From contig CM119265.1 of assembly GCA_051294375.1 (NCBI GenBank), positions 27,038,517-27,102,516 of the forward strand: 64,000 bases of DNA, in the 5' to 3' direction. This stretch comes from Paraspadella gotoi. Taxonomy: Eukaryota > Animalia > Chaetognatha. Below, in pieces: positions 15,335 to 28,600 of the stretch. Each line of letters opens with the position of its first letter. Within the stretch, counting starts at the first letter, position 1. Position numbers and translations under genes: made by a program. The notes below the pieces were generated by a model, which was not told the origin of the DNA, did no database searches, and saw only the letters and a program-made list of their open reading frames with translations.

Positions 15335-16831
15335 TTAATCGTCCTTCCCCTTTTGATCTTTGCCTCGGCGTCGGAGGCCCTCCGGAGATTCGCCCTCGGC
15401 TCCGTCCTCCGGAGTCGTCGCCAACTCCCCCTTCTTCTCTTTCTTCTCCTTCTTCCTCTCCTCCTCTTTCTCCTTCTCCTCTCTCTCCTTCTCCTCCGCC
15501 TCCTCGGCCGCCGCCTCCTCCGCCGCCAGCGTCTTGGATTTCCCGAGGAGGATTTGGCAGACGAATCCCTCGACGGCGCTGAATGGATCCACCTTTGGAT
15601 GGGGGATGGGAAGGGGGAAAGGGTAGGGAATGGGGTGGTAATATGGAGTCAATTTACAATGTTTCAACTCATTAAATATAAAATAAAATATTATAAAATA
15701 TTAAATCTTATTTGCATATTGTAGTATTTGGTATAATTGACAAAATTTGGTGCTGAGATTCAAAAACAAATCAATAAAATTGATGAGTCAACTGCTAAAT
15801 CAAACTAAAAATCAAGAAGTGGAGTCTTTTTGAGGTGACTGCACAGTTAATTATCCAATATTTGCCCAAATAATGACCAGAAATTGATCACAAATTCGTC
15901 AGTATTTGACCATTTTAAAAGATCCCGCGACGACGCTTTCGAAGAAAAAAAAAATTTCGACGCGTTAAGATTAAAAGAAATCTATCACAATCAAACAAAT
16001 TTCCCCAGAATTCCTCCCAATTCAACCCACCTGATCTTTTGACTTGGGAGCCAGTGTGAGCAGCAGACGTTGAGTGAGGCAGAAGAAGTGAATGGAGACG
16101 TTGAGCATGGCGTAGTCCATGTGGGCGGGGAGTTGACCCGTCCAGAAGAGAGTCCACACCAGCGCCGCGCCGAAGGACAACTTGGTGAAGAAGGAGAGCG
16201 AGAGGATCTCGTGCAGCGCGGGTTTCTCCCCCTCGGGCAATTCCTCGACGGCGCCGTCGCCGATGCTGCCGGACCGCAGCAGCCGCACAAGAGCGCGGAC
16301 GAAGCTGCCGCCGGAGCCTTTGGCCGTGCCCACCGCCAGCATGAGGACCTGCTTGAGTTTGACGTCGCGCGCCAGGGAGGATTTGAGCGCGTAGCGGACG
16401 CCCGACTGGACGTTGCCCTGACGGTAGAGCTCCGAACAAATGGCCAAAGCAGCGTTGAAGGGGAACCGATTGGCAAAGCGGCCGACGAGGTCAAAGGGAG
16501 AATAAAAGACGACATACCAAGCGGCCGTCACGTACATCAGCGACATGGGATTGCAGAAAGGCTTGGCCACCGACTCGCCCATCAAGAAGCAGGAGAGGAC
16601 GGAGCCCGCGTAGGCGGTTAGGAACGCCGAGAGCCACGTGGCCAGCGGGTGGCGCTTGGGGAAATCGGCGGCGTCGGCGGGGGACTTTGAAGTGCGCCGG
16701 ATGTCCTCGCGAAGGAGGAGGACGGAGAGGAGCACCTTTCCACCCTCCACGACCGGGTGCTTCTTGTGGGCGTCGAGTGTGGCCGAAGAGAGGAGGATGT
16801 AATGGCGGAGGCCGCGGGCGAAGTCTTCCAT
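15335..16831 (-). CDS. TMEM38: Trimeric intracellular cation channel (TRIC), 2 exons
   Basis: RHPLATWLSAFL, FLMGE, WYVVFYSPFDL, AKGSGG, FFTKLS, final-exon DPF motif and acidic tail; start codon chosen by position. Confidence 0.85.
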
Positions 16832-17392
16832 CGTCTCGTGCGAGAGTGAGAAATTCAAGCGATAGAGACAAAGTCCGTTACACGGGGCTCGCCGGCACGG
16901 TAGGAAAACTATCAATAAAGCTTTAGATTATAAATATTTTAAAGATCAACGACCTTAAAATTTGTGAAAAAAATATTTTTTCCCTTTTTTTAAAATCGGA
17001 AGTCAAACAAGTTCAAACAACTATAACGTAACGAACATACAAAAAATTTATTTGTAAAGTAGAAGCATTAAAATGAAGAAAACTTAAAATAGATGATGTA
17101 AATAGTAATTAATAAGGCACCAGTAGCGACTAGTAAAATAAAAATTATCCGCGTCCCAACGAAAACGACTAACTAGTACAATGAATCATGAAAAAAGAGA
17201 TCAAAGGTTAACGTGATTTTTGAATAATCAAAATACGATTGTAAAAATCTTTACCCTTCACCATCAAATGTTTGTACAATTTTGTAAAGATTAAGTTCCC
17301 AGTCCGCTGGAAAGGGTTCTTCTTCAATGCAATGTCAAATCGAGATATAAATACAGCTCCGCCCTTCCTTCCCACCGTCTCCACATCTTCCG

Positions 17393-18814
17393 TCAATCGA
17401 CGCAGGCGATGTTGCTGTGTTGATGCTCTTTTTTGTGCCTCGACTTCCAGTCCTTCTTGCCGCATTCCTTCGAACAGTACATCCTAGGCACAAAGTTCCA
17501 TGAATCGTCCGTTTTGCACTTGGAGCAAACCACGAAGGATTTGGGGATCGTCTGCAGACTCCCACACTCGAGGGATCCGCAATAGGTTGGCCGGTATCGC
17601 ATGAAGAGCGGATGGGCGGCCGCTTCCGGCTTCCAATTCTCTTCCGTCGGGACGGTGAGAACGAATTGACAGACGCATTCGGGCGGCAAGGGGATCGTGT
17701 TATCTTTGGTTGAGCCCTCATCGTTTTCGCCACGACGTCGACGACCTCCCTTTTTCTTCCTCTCCTCTTTTTCCTTTTCCTTTTGCCGCCAAACGACTTC
17801 GAATCCGATCCGCATGAACATCCTCACGATCTGCTCGTGACCCCGCCGCGCCGCCCGGTGGACGACGTTGACGTCGGCGCCGCTGGTGGCGCCGGCGACG
17901 TCGACGCCGCGCTTGACGAGCCAAAGGACGAATTCCGGATCGTCATCGATCCCGGCGGCGGCGAAGGCGAGCGGAGTGTAGCCCGAATGATCCTTCTCCT
18001 CAAAGTCGCATCCTTTCTCGAGACAGTAGAGGATGCAATTCTTTAGTCGCGTGGAGCAGAGGGCGTGGAGTACCCGAGAGTCCTTCACCGTCGCCCCTCG
18101 CGCCTCGAAGGCTCTGATGTAGGTGGGGTCGTCGGGCGCGAGGGCGAATTGTCCGTTGAAAAAATGGAAGAGGACGGTGTAGTCGAAGTGGTCGCGGTCG
18201 TTGATGTCGAAGTCGCGTTGATAGAGGAGAAAGTCTATCACAGGAAGCTGGACGAGCGCCGCCGCTAGATGGAGGACCGTCGTTCCGTCGCCCGTCCGCC
18301 GCTTCAAGTTGGCGCCGTGGGATTCGAGGAAGCGGAGGAACCGGATTGCTTCCTCGTCCGTCTCGCGACGCTGGAAGGCGCCGACGAGACACTCGAAGGT
18401 CGGCGCCAGTCCGCGAGAACCGTCGTGATTGGTCTCCTCGTAGTTGATGTCGTGGCCCCATTCGAGTGCTTCTTCGACGCCGACGCGGTTTAATCCGTTG
18501 GCGGCGAGTTGGAGCAAGGTGCGCCCGCGGCAATTGAGGTGGTCCTTGTCGGCGCCGAGCTTCTTGAGGAGGCGGAACATGGCGCGATCCCGGCAACCGT
18601 AGAACACGTCTTGAGACAATGGGCGGCGGAGGCAGGTAGGAACGTCGACGTCGCCGCCCACGCGGACGATCGACTCGATCCGCGCAAAGTCTCGACGGAG
18701 GTAAGCGTCGAAGAGGCAGGTAGGCTGCGATGCTGCATCGCAGATGCAGACGTGAGAGGAACTCTCGCGGACAGAGACAGGGAGACCCGACGAGGCGAAA
18801 CACAATTGACACAT
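17393..18814 (-). CDS. Intronless ankyrin-repeat protein with C-terminal MYND zinc finger
   Basis: GRTLLQLAA, GTTVLHLAA, GYTPLAFAA, VVHRAARRGH repeats; C-terminal CGSLEC...CSKCK...YCSKECGKKDWKSRH. Confidence 0.8.
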   Translation of the reverse strand: MCQLCFASSGLPVSVRESSSHVCICDAASQPTCLFDAYLRRDFARIESIVRVGGDVDVPTCLRRPLSQDVFYGCRDRAMFRLLKKLGADKDHLNCRGRTLLQLAANGLNRVGVEEALEWGHDINYEETNHDGSRGLAPTFECLVGAFQRRETDEEAIRFLRFLESHGANLKRRTGDGTTVLHLAAALVQLPVIDFLLYQRDFDINDRDHFDYTVLFHFFNGQFALAPDDPTYIRAFEARGATVKDSRVLHALCSTRLKNCILYCLEKGCDFEEKDHSGYTPLAFAAAGIDDDPEFVLWLVKRGVDVAGATSGADVNVVHRAARRGHEQIVRMFMRIGFEVVWRQKEKEKEERKKKGGRRRRGENDEGSTKDNTIPLPPECVCQFVLTVPTEENWKPEAAAHPLFMRYRPTYCGSLECGSLQTIPKSFVVCSKCKTDDSWNFVPRMYCSKECGKKDWKSRHKKEHQHSNIACVD

Positions 18815-19239
18815 GGTGCGAGAGAGAAATGGAGGGAAATGGAAGATTGGATCTATTTTAGTAGCTCACATTTCTCGGAAATTCACGGCCTTTCGCCGCT
18901 AGTTTTAATTTTAATTAGGTTTTTTTTTTCGTGTTTATTGAATGTAAAACTGTAGCGGAAAAAGGTTCACCATGCGTGAAATGAAAATAAAAAGTAAAGA
19001 GAATTAAACAAAGATAAACATAAATTTGAAAAATTAACCAACCGACAGAAACGGATGACGTGTAGAATTAAGTACTGTTTGGATTTTGAACATTTGACTA
19101 GATCTTACGTGATTGTCAGTGTATTTATCGAAAAAAAATTTGCAAAAGAAAAATATAACAGGATAAAGAGTTATAGAAATTTTCTTGACCGTGAAAATAA
19201 AGCGTAATTAGAGAAGTAATAAAGAATAACAACCGTCAT

Positions 19240-19335
19240 TGAAATATCGATTTAAAGAAAACCGTATCGGGTATAAGTGATCTGTGATTTATAAACAAAT
19301 TATCAGAAAATCAGTTCATTTAAATCGATATTTCA
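19240..19335. repeat. 17-bp perfect inverted repeat bounding 96 bp (MITE-like or 3' UTR hairpin)
   Basis: TGAAATATCGATTTAAA (19240-19256) and TTTAAATCGATATTTCA (19319-19335). Confidence 0.55.
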
Positions 19336-19852
19336 CTGCGTTTGACCGTCTCGGTCAAGTCGGATTTGATGAGCTACTTCAGATAATATCGATGTTCATT
19401 ATTCAATAACTAATGCGTAATGTGAATACAAATAGAAGCGCAAAGGTTAACCGTACGATTAAGTAACTGGTAGTCTGATAAACAGATTAATGCGACGATG
19501 CCAAATTAAGGTCCCGCGAAGACAAAACTGAAACGATTAACTGAAAAAATGGTACCGTCACAAATGAAGATCAAAAAGTAATTCGTGTCATCGAATTTTC
19601 ATGTCCAAAAACTTCCCTTTTCCTCGAAACAACAAACGACAACAAACTGGAATTGCTTGGCCTTTAACGATTGACCGTCAGTGTTTCTTCGTTTGTTTTT
19701 GTTTTTATGTTTTCGGGTAACAATTTTGAGCCAAAACGCCCCAATGTTTAAAAGGTTTACAGGATGGAAGGAGAGAGATTAAAAAAGAGAGAGTACGGCG
19801 GGTAAAGAGAATTTCTTAAAAAATAAAAAAAAAGAATAAAGTGCGATTCGTG

Positions 19853-20546
19853 TTAGTTGTAAGGGTTCCTCCTTCTGGCCGTCCTCTGCTTGTCGAATCT
19901 CGCTTCCATCTCCTCCAATACTTTGGGGGTGTAGCGGACGACGAGCTTGACGGATCCGGCGGCGGCCTTGAGCAGCTCGACGGCCTTCTCGTGGTGCTCG
20001 CCCTCCACCGAGACCCCGTTGACGGAGAGGAGCTGGTCCCCGCGCTTGAGGCCCCCGTGCCTGTCCGCCACGCCCCCAGGGATGATGCGCGAAATGTAGA
20101 TGGGGCTGTTCTGCTCTTTGCCTCCCATCACGTTAAAGCCGAGACCTTGGGAGGGAAATGGGAAAAGATTGTCATTGATAATTACGTAATATGTATTAAT
20201 AGAATAACATTCAAAAAGATCCAACCACCATCAAACCTCCCCCCCAACCTTCTTCGGTCTTGGGCAGCTCGACGACCCTGGGATGGGCGTGTCCTTCGGA
20301 GGCGGCGAAGGCGGCGACGGTGGCTTTGGCCGTGGCCGAGGCCCTCACCTCGGCCGACCCTTCAACGTCCACCGTCTCGTACATGTGTTCGTAGACGTCG
20401 CGAACGGCGCGGAGAAAGTCCGACTGCAGAACTTTCTTCAAGGCCTCCGTCTTGGAGGCGTCCACCTCTCCAGACTTCTGCAGATTCTCCAGCAGCTCCA
20501 CGGCGCGGTTGATGTCGCGCTCCAGCGTCAGCGCCGTCGACGCCAT
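19853..20546 (-). CDS. LIN7: LIN-7/Veli (L27 + PDZ), 2 exons
   Basis: [45 protein letters not shown]|[24 protein letters not shown]. Confidence 0.97.
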
Positions 20547-20930
20547 CTTTTGTTCTTCTATTTTTTTGGGTTTTTTTATAGAGAGAGAGTTTGGGAGGCG
20601 GTTGTTGTTGTTGTTGGACGGGTTTTTTTTCGTGATTTTTATTTTGTCGCGCGAACTTTCCTTTTCTTTTCCTTTTTTTTTCTTTTCTTTTTCTTTTTCT
20701 TTTCTTTTCCCTTCCGGTGGCAAGCAAAGGTCGAAGAGGACGTCAAACCCGGGGAGATTTATATTTCGAAAATTTTTTTTCTTTTTTTTTCGTGTGCGAA
20801 AGATTAGTAAGGCGAATGTTTTTTGTTCGTTTTAGTTCTTTATTTAAAGGATAACTCGGTTAGTTGGTGCCCGAAGTAAGTTCGAAAAGGTAAGTTCTAG
20901 TTGTTCGATTACATGCGGTTTTTTATGGAA

Positions 20931-20990
20931 CTAAAAAAAAAAAAGCAATACGATTTCAATTCACGAGCATAATTTGAATTTTTTTTTATT
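20931..20990 (-). promoter_or_regulatory. Putative intercistronic element: poly(A) signal followed by an unpaired 3' splice site
   Basis: AATAAA at 20990-20985 after the C3orf38-like stop, then (T)12-AG at 20932-20931 upstream of LIN7; no good donor between them. Confidence 0.5.
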
Positions 20991-21108
20991 CAAAACGAAT
21001 TTAACGACGAAGGTGACAAGTTTTTAACAACAGAATCACAGATCATTTCAATCACCGATCATTTCACAAAAAAGTCGATCAAAAAACAAAAACCGGTTTC
21101 TTCACTGG

Positions 21109-22026
21109 TCAGTATTGAAGCCGCGGCAACGAGGTCTGCCCCGACAACGCCGGTTGAGGAGCGACTTGGCCTGCGGCGTCAACGGCGCCATCTCCACCTA
21201 CTCCGGCGATCATCTGCAAATAAGTCACTTGCACTTTCCACTGCTCGGAGGCGATTTCCTTGACGAGACCGAAGCTTTGATCGAAGACTCCAACGAGACC
21301 GGACCCTTTGTTCAGCGTTCCTTTGATCCGCAGCAGCACGAGCCCGTGCGGCTCCTTCTTCCCCCTGCAGCCCTCGGGGCTCAAGTTCGGACCGAAGAGG
21401 ACGCCGTCGTTCGCTACGAAGCTGCGGAGCCGAGCGGCGACGACACTGGCGCCGCGTAGCGTCTCCGCGTGCTGCGCGGCGTTATCGGCCACGCGGAGGT
21501 TGAGAGCGGCCGCGTCGCAAAAATGTTGCGGGCCGAAGACGTCGCTGGGAGGACGATCGGTATTCGTGGGTCCAGATTCGGCGTTGAGAAGAGAAAAGAA
21601 CCATTCGGCGAATCGCAGCGCCATCGTTTGAACACGATTATCGTTTTCTTGAGATGAGACGCCGGCGTCGTCGACTTCGGGTTCGTGCACAGCGTCGGGC
21701 GCCGCGACCGCAACCGGCGCCGCACTTCCACCTGACGCGTGATCCGCGATCCGCCGCACGAGCGTCCGTTTTTCGGAGTTGACGTCGACGCCGGCCACGC
21801 CCGTCGTCAACGCCCACCGCAAGAGGCGCTCTCGTTTCATCTTTTGTCGTCGCAAGAGTTGAGTCAAGTCGGCGGAAAATTCGAGCACCACCTCCTCCGC
21901 CTCCGCGGCCGAGGGGTGGGCGACAAGGCGTTGACAGACCGTCTCCGCCAGGGCGTGCATCTCTTCTTCCGGTAGAAGGCGAAGGATGGAACGAGCCACG
22001 CCCTTTTCGGCTGCCGTCAGCGGCAT
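21109..22026 (-). CDS. C3orf38: C3orf38-like (DUF4518) protein, intronless
   Basis: ALAETV, FAEWFFSLLN, FGPQHF, PNL, PHGLV, GVFDQSFGLV, WKV motifs typical of the family. Confidence 0.85.
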   Translation of the reverse strand: MPLTAAEKGVARSILRLLPEEEMHALAETVCQRLVAHPSAAEAEEVVLEFSADLTQLLRRQKMKRERLLRWALTTGVAGVDVNSEKRTLVRRIADHASGGSAAPVAVAAPDAVHEPEVDDAGVSSQENDNRVQTMALRFAEWFFSLLNAESGPTNTDRPPSDVFGPQHFCDAAALNLRVADNAAQHAETLRGASVVAARLRSFVANDGVLFGPNLSPEGCRGKKEPHGLVLLRIKGTLNKGSGLVGVFDQSFGLVKEIASEQWKVQVTYLQMIAGVGGDGAVDAAGQVAPQPALSGQTSLPRLQY

Positions 22027-22641
22027 CGCGCCATTCGAGGAAAGTCTCAGAGTTCTATTTTTAGCAACGACCGTTTTTTTTCGCTAGATTAAAGTGAAAG
22101 CCATAAACGTTAAACAAATTTAGTAAAAACTCATAAAACGTGATACGAGGGTGCAAACGGGGGAAAAAATAAAATAATCGACTAGAAAGTGATTTTGGCA
22201 CAAAGACAAGACGCTCAATAAAACCGGGAATATAAAATACATTAATGCATACAAATTTATACAAAATGATGTTGTAAAGGATGTGGCAGCCATACGGATC
22301 ATGTTTATGACTTAATAATAACGGATACATGGGGAAGATTGACAAAGATTGTAAAAAATTCTTCGAAGCGCACTTATTTCAAAAAGCGGTTAGAATATAA
22401 ATAAGGTAAAATACTACGCCGTTAAAATACCTTAAAAAATATTTTACCAGAGGGAAACAAATCACCGATCAGCAGTTTATTACAACATTAGTTTCCGAAT
22501 CAACAGAATGTAATTGCTAAGAGAAATGCTACAGCAATAAAACAAGAACCAAATCCGAGAGGCACTTCTTATATTTTTGTTCTGTTATCCTGTCTCTCAG
22601 AATCTGTGTTTTTCAATGTGCGTCTCTACGTCTCTTTATCT

Positions 22642-25600
22642 CTACGTGTATCGAATGAGATATCTGAGTGCGATCTGCCCCTCGTCAAAAATGATGTACT
22701 CGCTCTCACTCCGCCAACCGTAATGGCCCTTGGGCTTGACGAGGTCGCCGAGGGGCAGCACTGGTCCGCCGCCGACGACGAGTTGGAGGTCCTCGTCGGG
22801 TCGTGGCTCCGTCGATCCGCGGATCCATCGACTGTTGAAATTAGGTGGAAGAGATCCGCCAACGCTGGTTTTCTCTTCAGGTTTGCCGAGTGCCACCTCG
22901 AGGATAATGTGTAAAGAGGGAATTGTATTTTTATTAAATAAGATTATTATTGATTATGTTTCTCTCTCTCTCTTACACTCACAAGCTTGAATTATTTTGA
23001 ATTATTATGATGATTGTGTTGTTTTAATGTTGGCATAAGAACTAGGATCGAAAGCCCAGGTTCGATAGAAATCTTATTAAATTAAAGAACAAAAATCTTC
23101 CTTTCCTTGACACCAACCTGGCACACAAAAACGTAGTTGGCATCGATCTCTTCGTCCTTCCCCCGGCGAGTGGAGGATCTGTTGTATGTATACGCCGAGC
23201 TCTTGCAAAACTGATCGGCAAAGTAGACCCCCTTCCCGAATGCGTGTCCGGTCAAGTTGGCCTCTGGGGGAGCGATGAGCAATCCTCTGGCGAGGATGCT
23301 CAACACGTTCTCCTTCCCGGTTCCGTGAAAGAGCAGCTTGTGATTCCCGATCCCCTTGGCGACGACTTTTTCCAGCTCGCCCTCACGCTGAAGGGCATAG
23401 ATCCCGTGGACGGTGACTTTTTTGTTAGAGGCGTGGATGTAGCGAAGCAACCGTTGCGCCTCGTCGTCTTCCTTGGCCAAAGATCGAATCTTGCAGTCGA
23501 GGCTTTTGTAGATGTAATCGAACGGATGAACGATGGCGCTTTTGTGCTGAGCGCCGGCGAGGATCAACGCCGAAGTGTGAATGTCCAGCAGCTTCTTGAG
23601 AGTGGAGAGTTTCTCGAAATACACGGTCCTCGAATAAATGGGTTTGAGACTGACTTCGTTGACGTCGTTCAGCGGCACCAAGTGGTAAAACTCGTTGGAA
23701 AGTTGAAATATCTTTTCGTAGTTTTCTTCGTTTTTGTCTCTGAGATCCGCGTCGGTTCCGGCAAAGTCTTGGGCCGCCTCCCGCTCGTCGAGCAACTTCC
23801 CGATCGCCTTGAGGACGTCGAGGGCCTTGAGCAGGTAGTCCCGACTCGTGTTGCCGAAGGCGAGAAGGGTGGCGCTGCCCTCTTCGTTGGTCATTTGTTT
23901 CACGGCGACGGAGAGAACGTCGGGTCGCGTGAGATCCGCGAACATTCTCGTCACGAACTCGTCTTCGATCCCAGATTTCAGTTGGGATTTCAAGTTGAGA
24001 ACGTTCGAGTCGTTGCCTTCGAATTTGTCGCGGTTTGTCTTTTCCATCGGGAGAATTCGGTATTTGCGGGGAAAATTTTTATAGGATTCGAAGTTGTTGA
24101 ATTTGACCTGATCCCAAACGTTGCCAGTTTTGGCCTTGAAGACGCTCTTGAACTCTTTCACCGCGGCCTCTTTGGATTCAAACGGGGTGCGTTGATACTT
24201 GCCGCTGTCCCCAAACCTGCCCCACCGGGTGACAAGGATGTGCAGATCCTTACCCGCTTGGTAAACCACTTGCAATTTGTAATAGTTAAACAATCCGAAA
24301 CCTCCAGATCCTCCATAACCGACATCCACTTTGCTCCCGACATAATCGTAATGTATCTTCGCCTCTTCATCCAAAACAACGGAGGTAAAATCCCGCTCGT
24401 TCCTCGGGATCGCCTGTCGATCAACTTCGACATCGTTGGACTGCGATGCGGATTTCGAGAGCGAATCCAAAAAGCTTTTGCTGTCGGACCGATAATCGAC
24501 TCGAATCGACTTGGGCAAAACGTCCCTCACGTTGGGAAGATTGGGTTTCAACGGCGACTTGGAAAGTTTCTTTCCCATCAGTTTGTAAATCGTTTTCAAC
24601 ATGATCAAGTTTCCGTTTTCCAAACTGGAGGCGAGCTGAACGACGGAATCGTCGAGAATCATCCCGTTTTTGTAGAGAGTGCTCAAAATCTTCACGTTGC
24701 AAAAAGTGGCGCCTTTAACGGGCGCGACGAGGTGATGACCCAGACTCCATTTGTTGGCGTCTTTTTTCAAAAGGTCAACGCGACTAGTCTTTATGATTTC
24801 CTTCGCCTTTTTCACTTCCGCCTTTTTTTCAGGCTCGGGTTTTTTCGTTATGTTTAAAAACAAGTTTCTCGAAGTCAGTTTTCCAGTATTATCTTCCTCC
24901 TCATCTTGTTCCATGTCCGAATTCTCATCTTCTTTCTCGTCTTCTTGTTCGTTTTCTTCTTCATTTTCGTCCTGATCCATATTTTCGTCTTCATCTTTAT
25001 CCTCGGCTTCACTTTCTTGTTCATCGTCTACTTCATTTTCTTCTTCGTTGTCGGCGTCGTTCTCTTCATCGTAATCTTCATCCTTTTCATCTTCGTTATC
25101 TTCCTCCTCTTCTTCTTCGTCGAAAGATCCATCACTCTCGACGACGGCCTCGTATTTAGGCTCGTGATCGATAACGTAGTCGTGCGCTAGTATGACGTTA
25201 ACAATGTGTTCTTGATTGTATCTAATGGCGGTCATGAGCGGAGTCCTCTGGTTCAGAGGTTCCGCGAGATTAACGTCCGCTCCGAGATTGAGCATCTTCT
25301 TGACGAATTCGAACCAACGAAGTTCGATCCCAACGATCAACGCCGACTTTTTCACTTTGTTCACGTTTGTTCCGGAGAGAAAACCGTCGATCCTCTGAAA
25401 GAACCACTCAGTCTCGTCGAAATACAGCGGATCCATTTGAGGATAATAGGCCAACGCGTTGAGGTCGGCCCCGTTCTGCTTGCAAGTGTCCATCCAGGGC
25501 AAAATCTCCGTCTTGCAATACTCGTGGGTTCCCGGTTGGGATCCGATCTTCCAAAGGGCGCACGTGACCACCGTGTGATCCATTTTGGTTCTGGCGGAAA

Positions 25601-28600
25601 AGACTCGAGCTCTTTCCGCGGCGGCGACGTTTGACAACAACAACCTGGCCAGTGTAAAGTCGTGCAGGTAAACGCAATAGTGAAACGGAGAGCATCCGTA
25701 ATCGTCGGGTTGCAAAAGAGATATTCCCGCTTTTATCAATTGATCAACCAGTTTGGCGATCGTGTCTCGATTCGAATTGTGTTTCGAATGAAGCGCCAAA
25801 AAGTGGAGCAGGTTCCGTCCCTTTTCCACGGTGCGAGAAAGATCCTTGGGATTGGTGCATTTGCGAGCCAATCTGAAGGCCACTTGCAATTGGCTGCAAG
25901 TGATGGCGTATTTGATGACGTCTCCAAGGGTCAGTCCCCATTTTTCTATCATGTCCATCATGACGTAGAGCTCGCCCTGCCAATTATGCTGCATGACTTT
26001 TTGAATGATGGGTATTATGTCTTCGGGATCTTTCTCAACCTTCTGCGATGGCAACCAACGCCACGGTTCCGGTTTCTTCTCTTCCGGTTCTTCCTTTTCC
26101 AGTTTCTGCAACTTGAAGGGATAAATATTCGCGTTCAAATTAGAGTCGCATTGAATCAAATGCAAGACGCAACTCCGGTGAGAATTCCTGATCGCGACGG
26201 AGAGAGGAGAGTTTCCCTCCAAGTTCTTCTTATTAATATTCGCTCCTCTCTTCAGCAAATGCATGCAGCAGACTGTGGCCCCGTGTCCGGCGGCGTAATA
26301 CAACGGGGTAGACCCGAACTTGTCTTCAGTGTCGATCCTTTGAAACTTCATGCTGTTTGTCATCAGAGTGCAAGGTTCGATGGGATCAGAGACCCTGTCG
26401 TCATTGGCGGCGCCGATTTTAACGAAGACATAATGCAGCGGCGTCCGGCCGCGAGAATCTTGTGCGAAAACGTCGGCTTTGTGGGCGATCAACTTTTCAA
26501 CGACCTCCGTGGATTCGTCGGTGTGACCCTTCAGCGCATTGACGGCCAAATGCAACGGGGTCCTCTGATTATTATCCTTGGTGTTCGGCGACGCTCCGTG
26601 CTTCAAAAGAATATCGATCACGCTTAATGTTCGCTGACTTTGAAAGGCGACGGCCGTGTGCAAAGGCGCGTAGGAAGAACTTGCATCCTTCAAGTTGACG
26701 TCCGCTCCGTGAGACAACAACAAAGTCATTTTCGAGACATTGCCCGATTTCACGGCGATGGAAAGCGGGAGAAAATCTTTATCCTGGAAATTGGGTTTGC
26801 ATCCTTGATCTAAAAGGATCTTGACCGCGCGATCGGAGCCATTGCGAACTGCCACGTTCAAAGGAGTCCGTCCGTTTTGATCATCACGATAACTTATCCG
26901 ATGCAGATTGGGCTTCAAACTCAAGACGGAATCGAAAACGGTCTGCCAGAAATCGTTGAATCCTCCGCATCTGCTGATGGAATGCAAGGGAGCGTCGCCG
27001 TCGCTGACGAGACCTCCGCTCCTCACGACTCGCTCCGCTTGATTAACGTCTCCCTTCAACTCTTGCAAATACAATTTGAAAAACTTCAAACAAGTTTGTT
27101 GTTTTTTCTCGATTTCCTCGCGACTCAGACGCTGATTCGGGTGAAGATTGTAAACCTGAAACAACTTTTCCAAGACGACGTGCAACGGAGCCTTTTCAGA
27201 ATGAAAATGATTCATGAGCGACTTGAGATGAGAAATCGTCGTCGAGTTTTTCTTATCCGTCAAAATGGATTCCATGAAAGCCAAGAATTCCGGATCCTCG
27301 GCGTGTCGCGCCATCAAGTGTAAGATGTTCTCTTTGTTCTCCTTCTCCGGATCCGTCTCGGCTCGAACGAGCGAGGCTCCCGATCTGAGCAAAAGCTTCA
27401 TCAACTGGACGCAACCGTTGGAGGCGGCGAAGGAGAGAGCCGAATTTCCTTCTTCGTTGTAGACGTCGACGGGGCATCCCGCGTCGATGAGGATCTTCGC
27501 CGCTTTGATGACGAACGAGGAGAAAGTCTGCTTCTCCTTGACGGCCTCTTGGGCCAAGGAGGCGTCTCGGTCGATCAGATTACTGTTCAAACACAAATAA
27601 TGCAAGCAAGAGTTGCCTCGGACGTCTAGGAAATCGCAGATAGCCTTCTTTTCCTTGACCAAATATTCCAGCTGATCGACGACCAGTTTGGGTTCGGACC
27701 CTTTGAGGATGTGCATGACGAGAGAACTGCCTTCCAAGTCTTTGTAGTTGATGTCCACGGAGGTGGAGCAGTCGAGGAGGTACTCGAACAGACCCAAGTG
27801 ACCCTTGAGAAAGGCGATGCCCAGCGGAGGAACTTTCCAAGTGTTGGGAAGATTAATGTCGGCTCCGCTCTCGATCAACAACTTCGTGGAGAAGAACCAA
27901 CCGTAGGCGACCGAATAGAGCAAAGCGGAATTCCCCGACGTGTCCACGTGATTAACATCGACTCCGGCGTGAATCAAGAAAGAAGCGGCGGCCGTTTGAC
28001 CGTTGATAACGCAGTGCATGAGCGAGGATCTTTTCAACTTGTCCTTCGCATCGATCTTCGCTCCGTGTTTCACCAAAGACTTCATCATGGCCAAGTTTCC
28101 TCTTTGACAAGCGAGCATGAAGGGCGTCACTTTATTTTTAGACGCGCTCAGGGGTTTCTCCACGTCAGCCCCGTTTTTGACGAGAAGCTCCACGACTTCC
28201 GCGTGACCGTTGGTGACGGCCTCGTGAATCGGCGCGTAGGAGAACCGGTTGCCTCGATTGACGCCGGCGACGCCGAATTTGTCGACGACGCCGATGGGAT
28301 TCTTTCCTTTTCCGTGTTCGATCAAAGCTTTGATGACTTCGCCTCGTCCGGCGCGACAAGCGTATATCATCGCCGTGTTGCCCTGAGAGTCGACTTCATC
28401 CGGAGACGCCCCGCGGTCCAGCAGCAACCGTAAACATCCGGGGGACTTATTGACGGCAGCGTAGTGAATCGGACGTTTGCGCCGTTTGTCTTGCAGATTG
28501 ACGTCGGGCGTGATCATTAAGAGTCTGTCCAAATAATCGGGCTTGGGGTTGATGCAGGCGAAATGCAGAGGAGTCATCGAGGACCCGTATTCTTTCTTGA

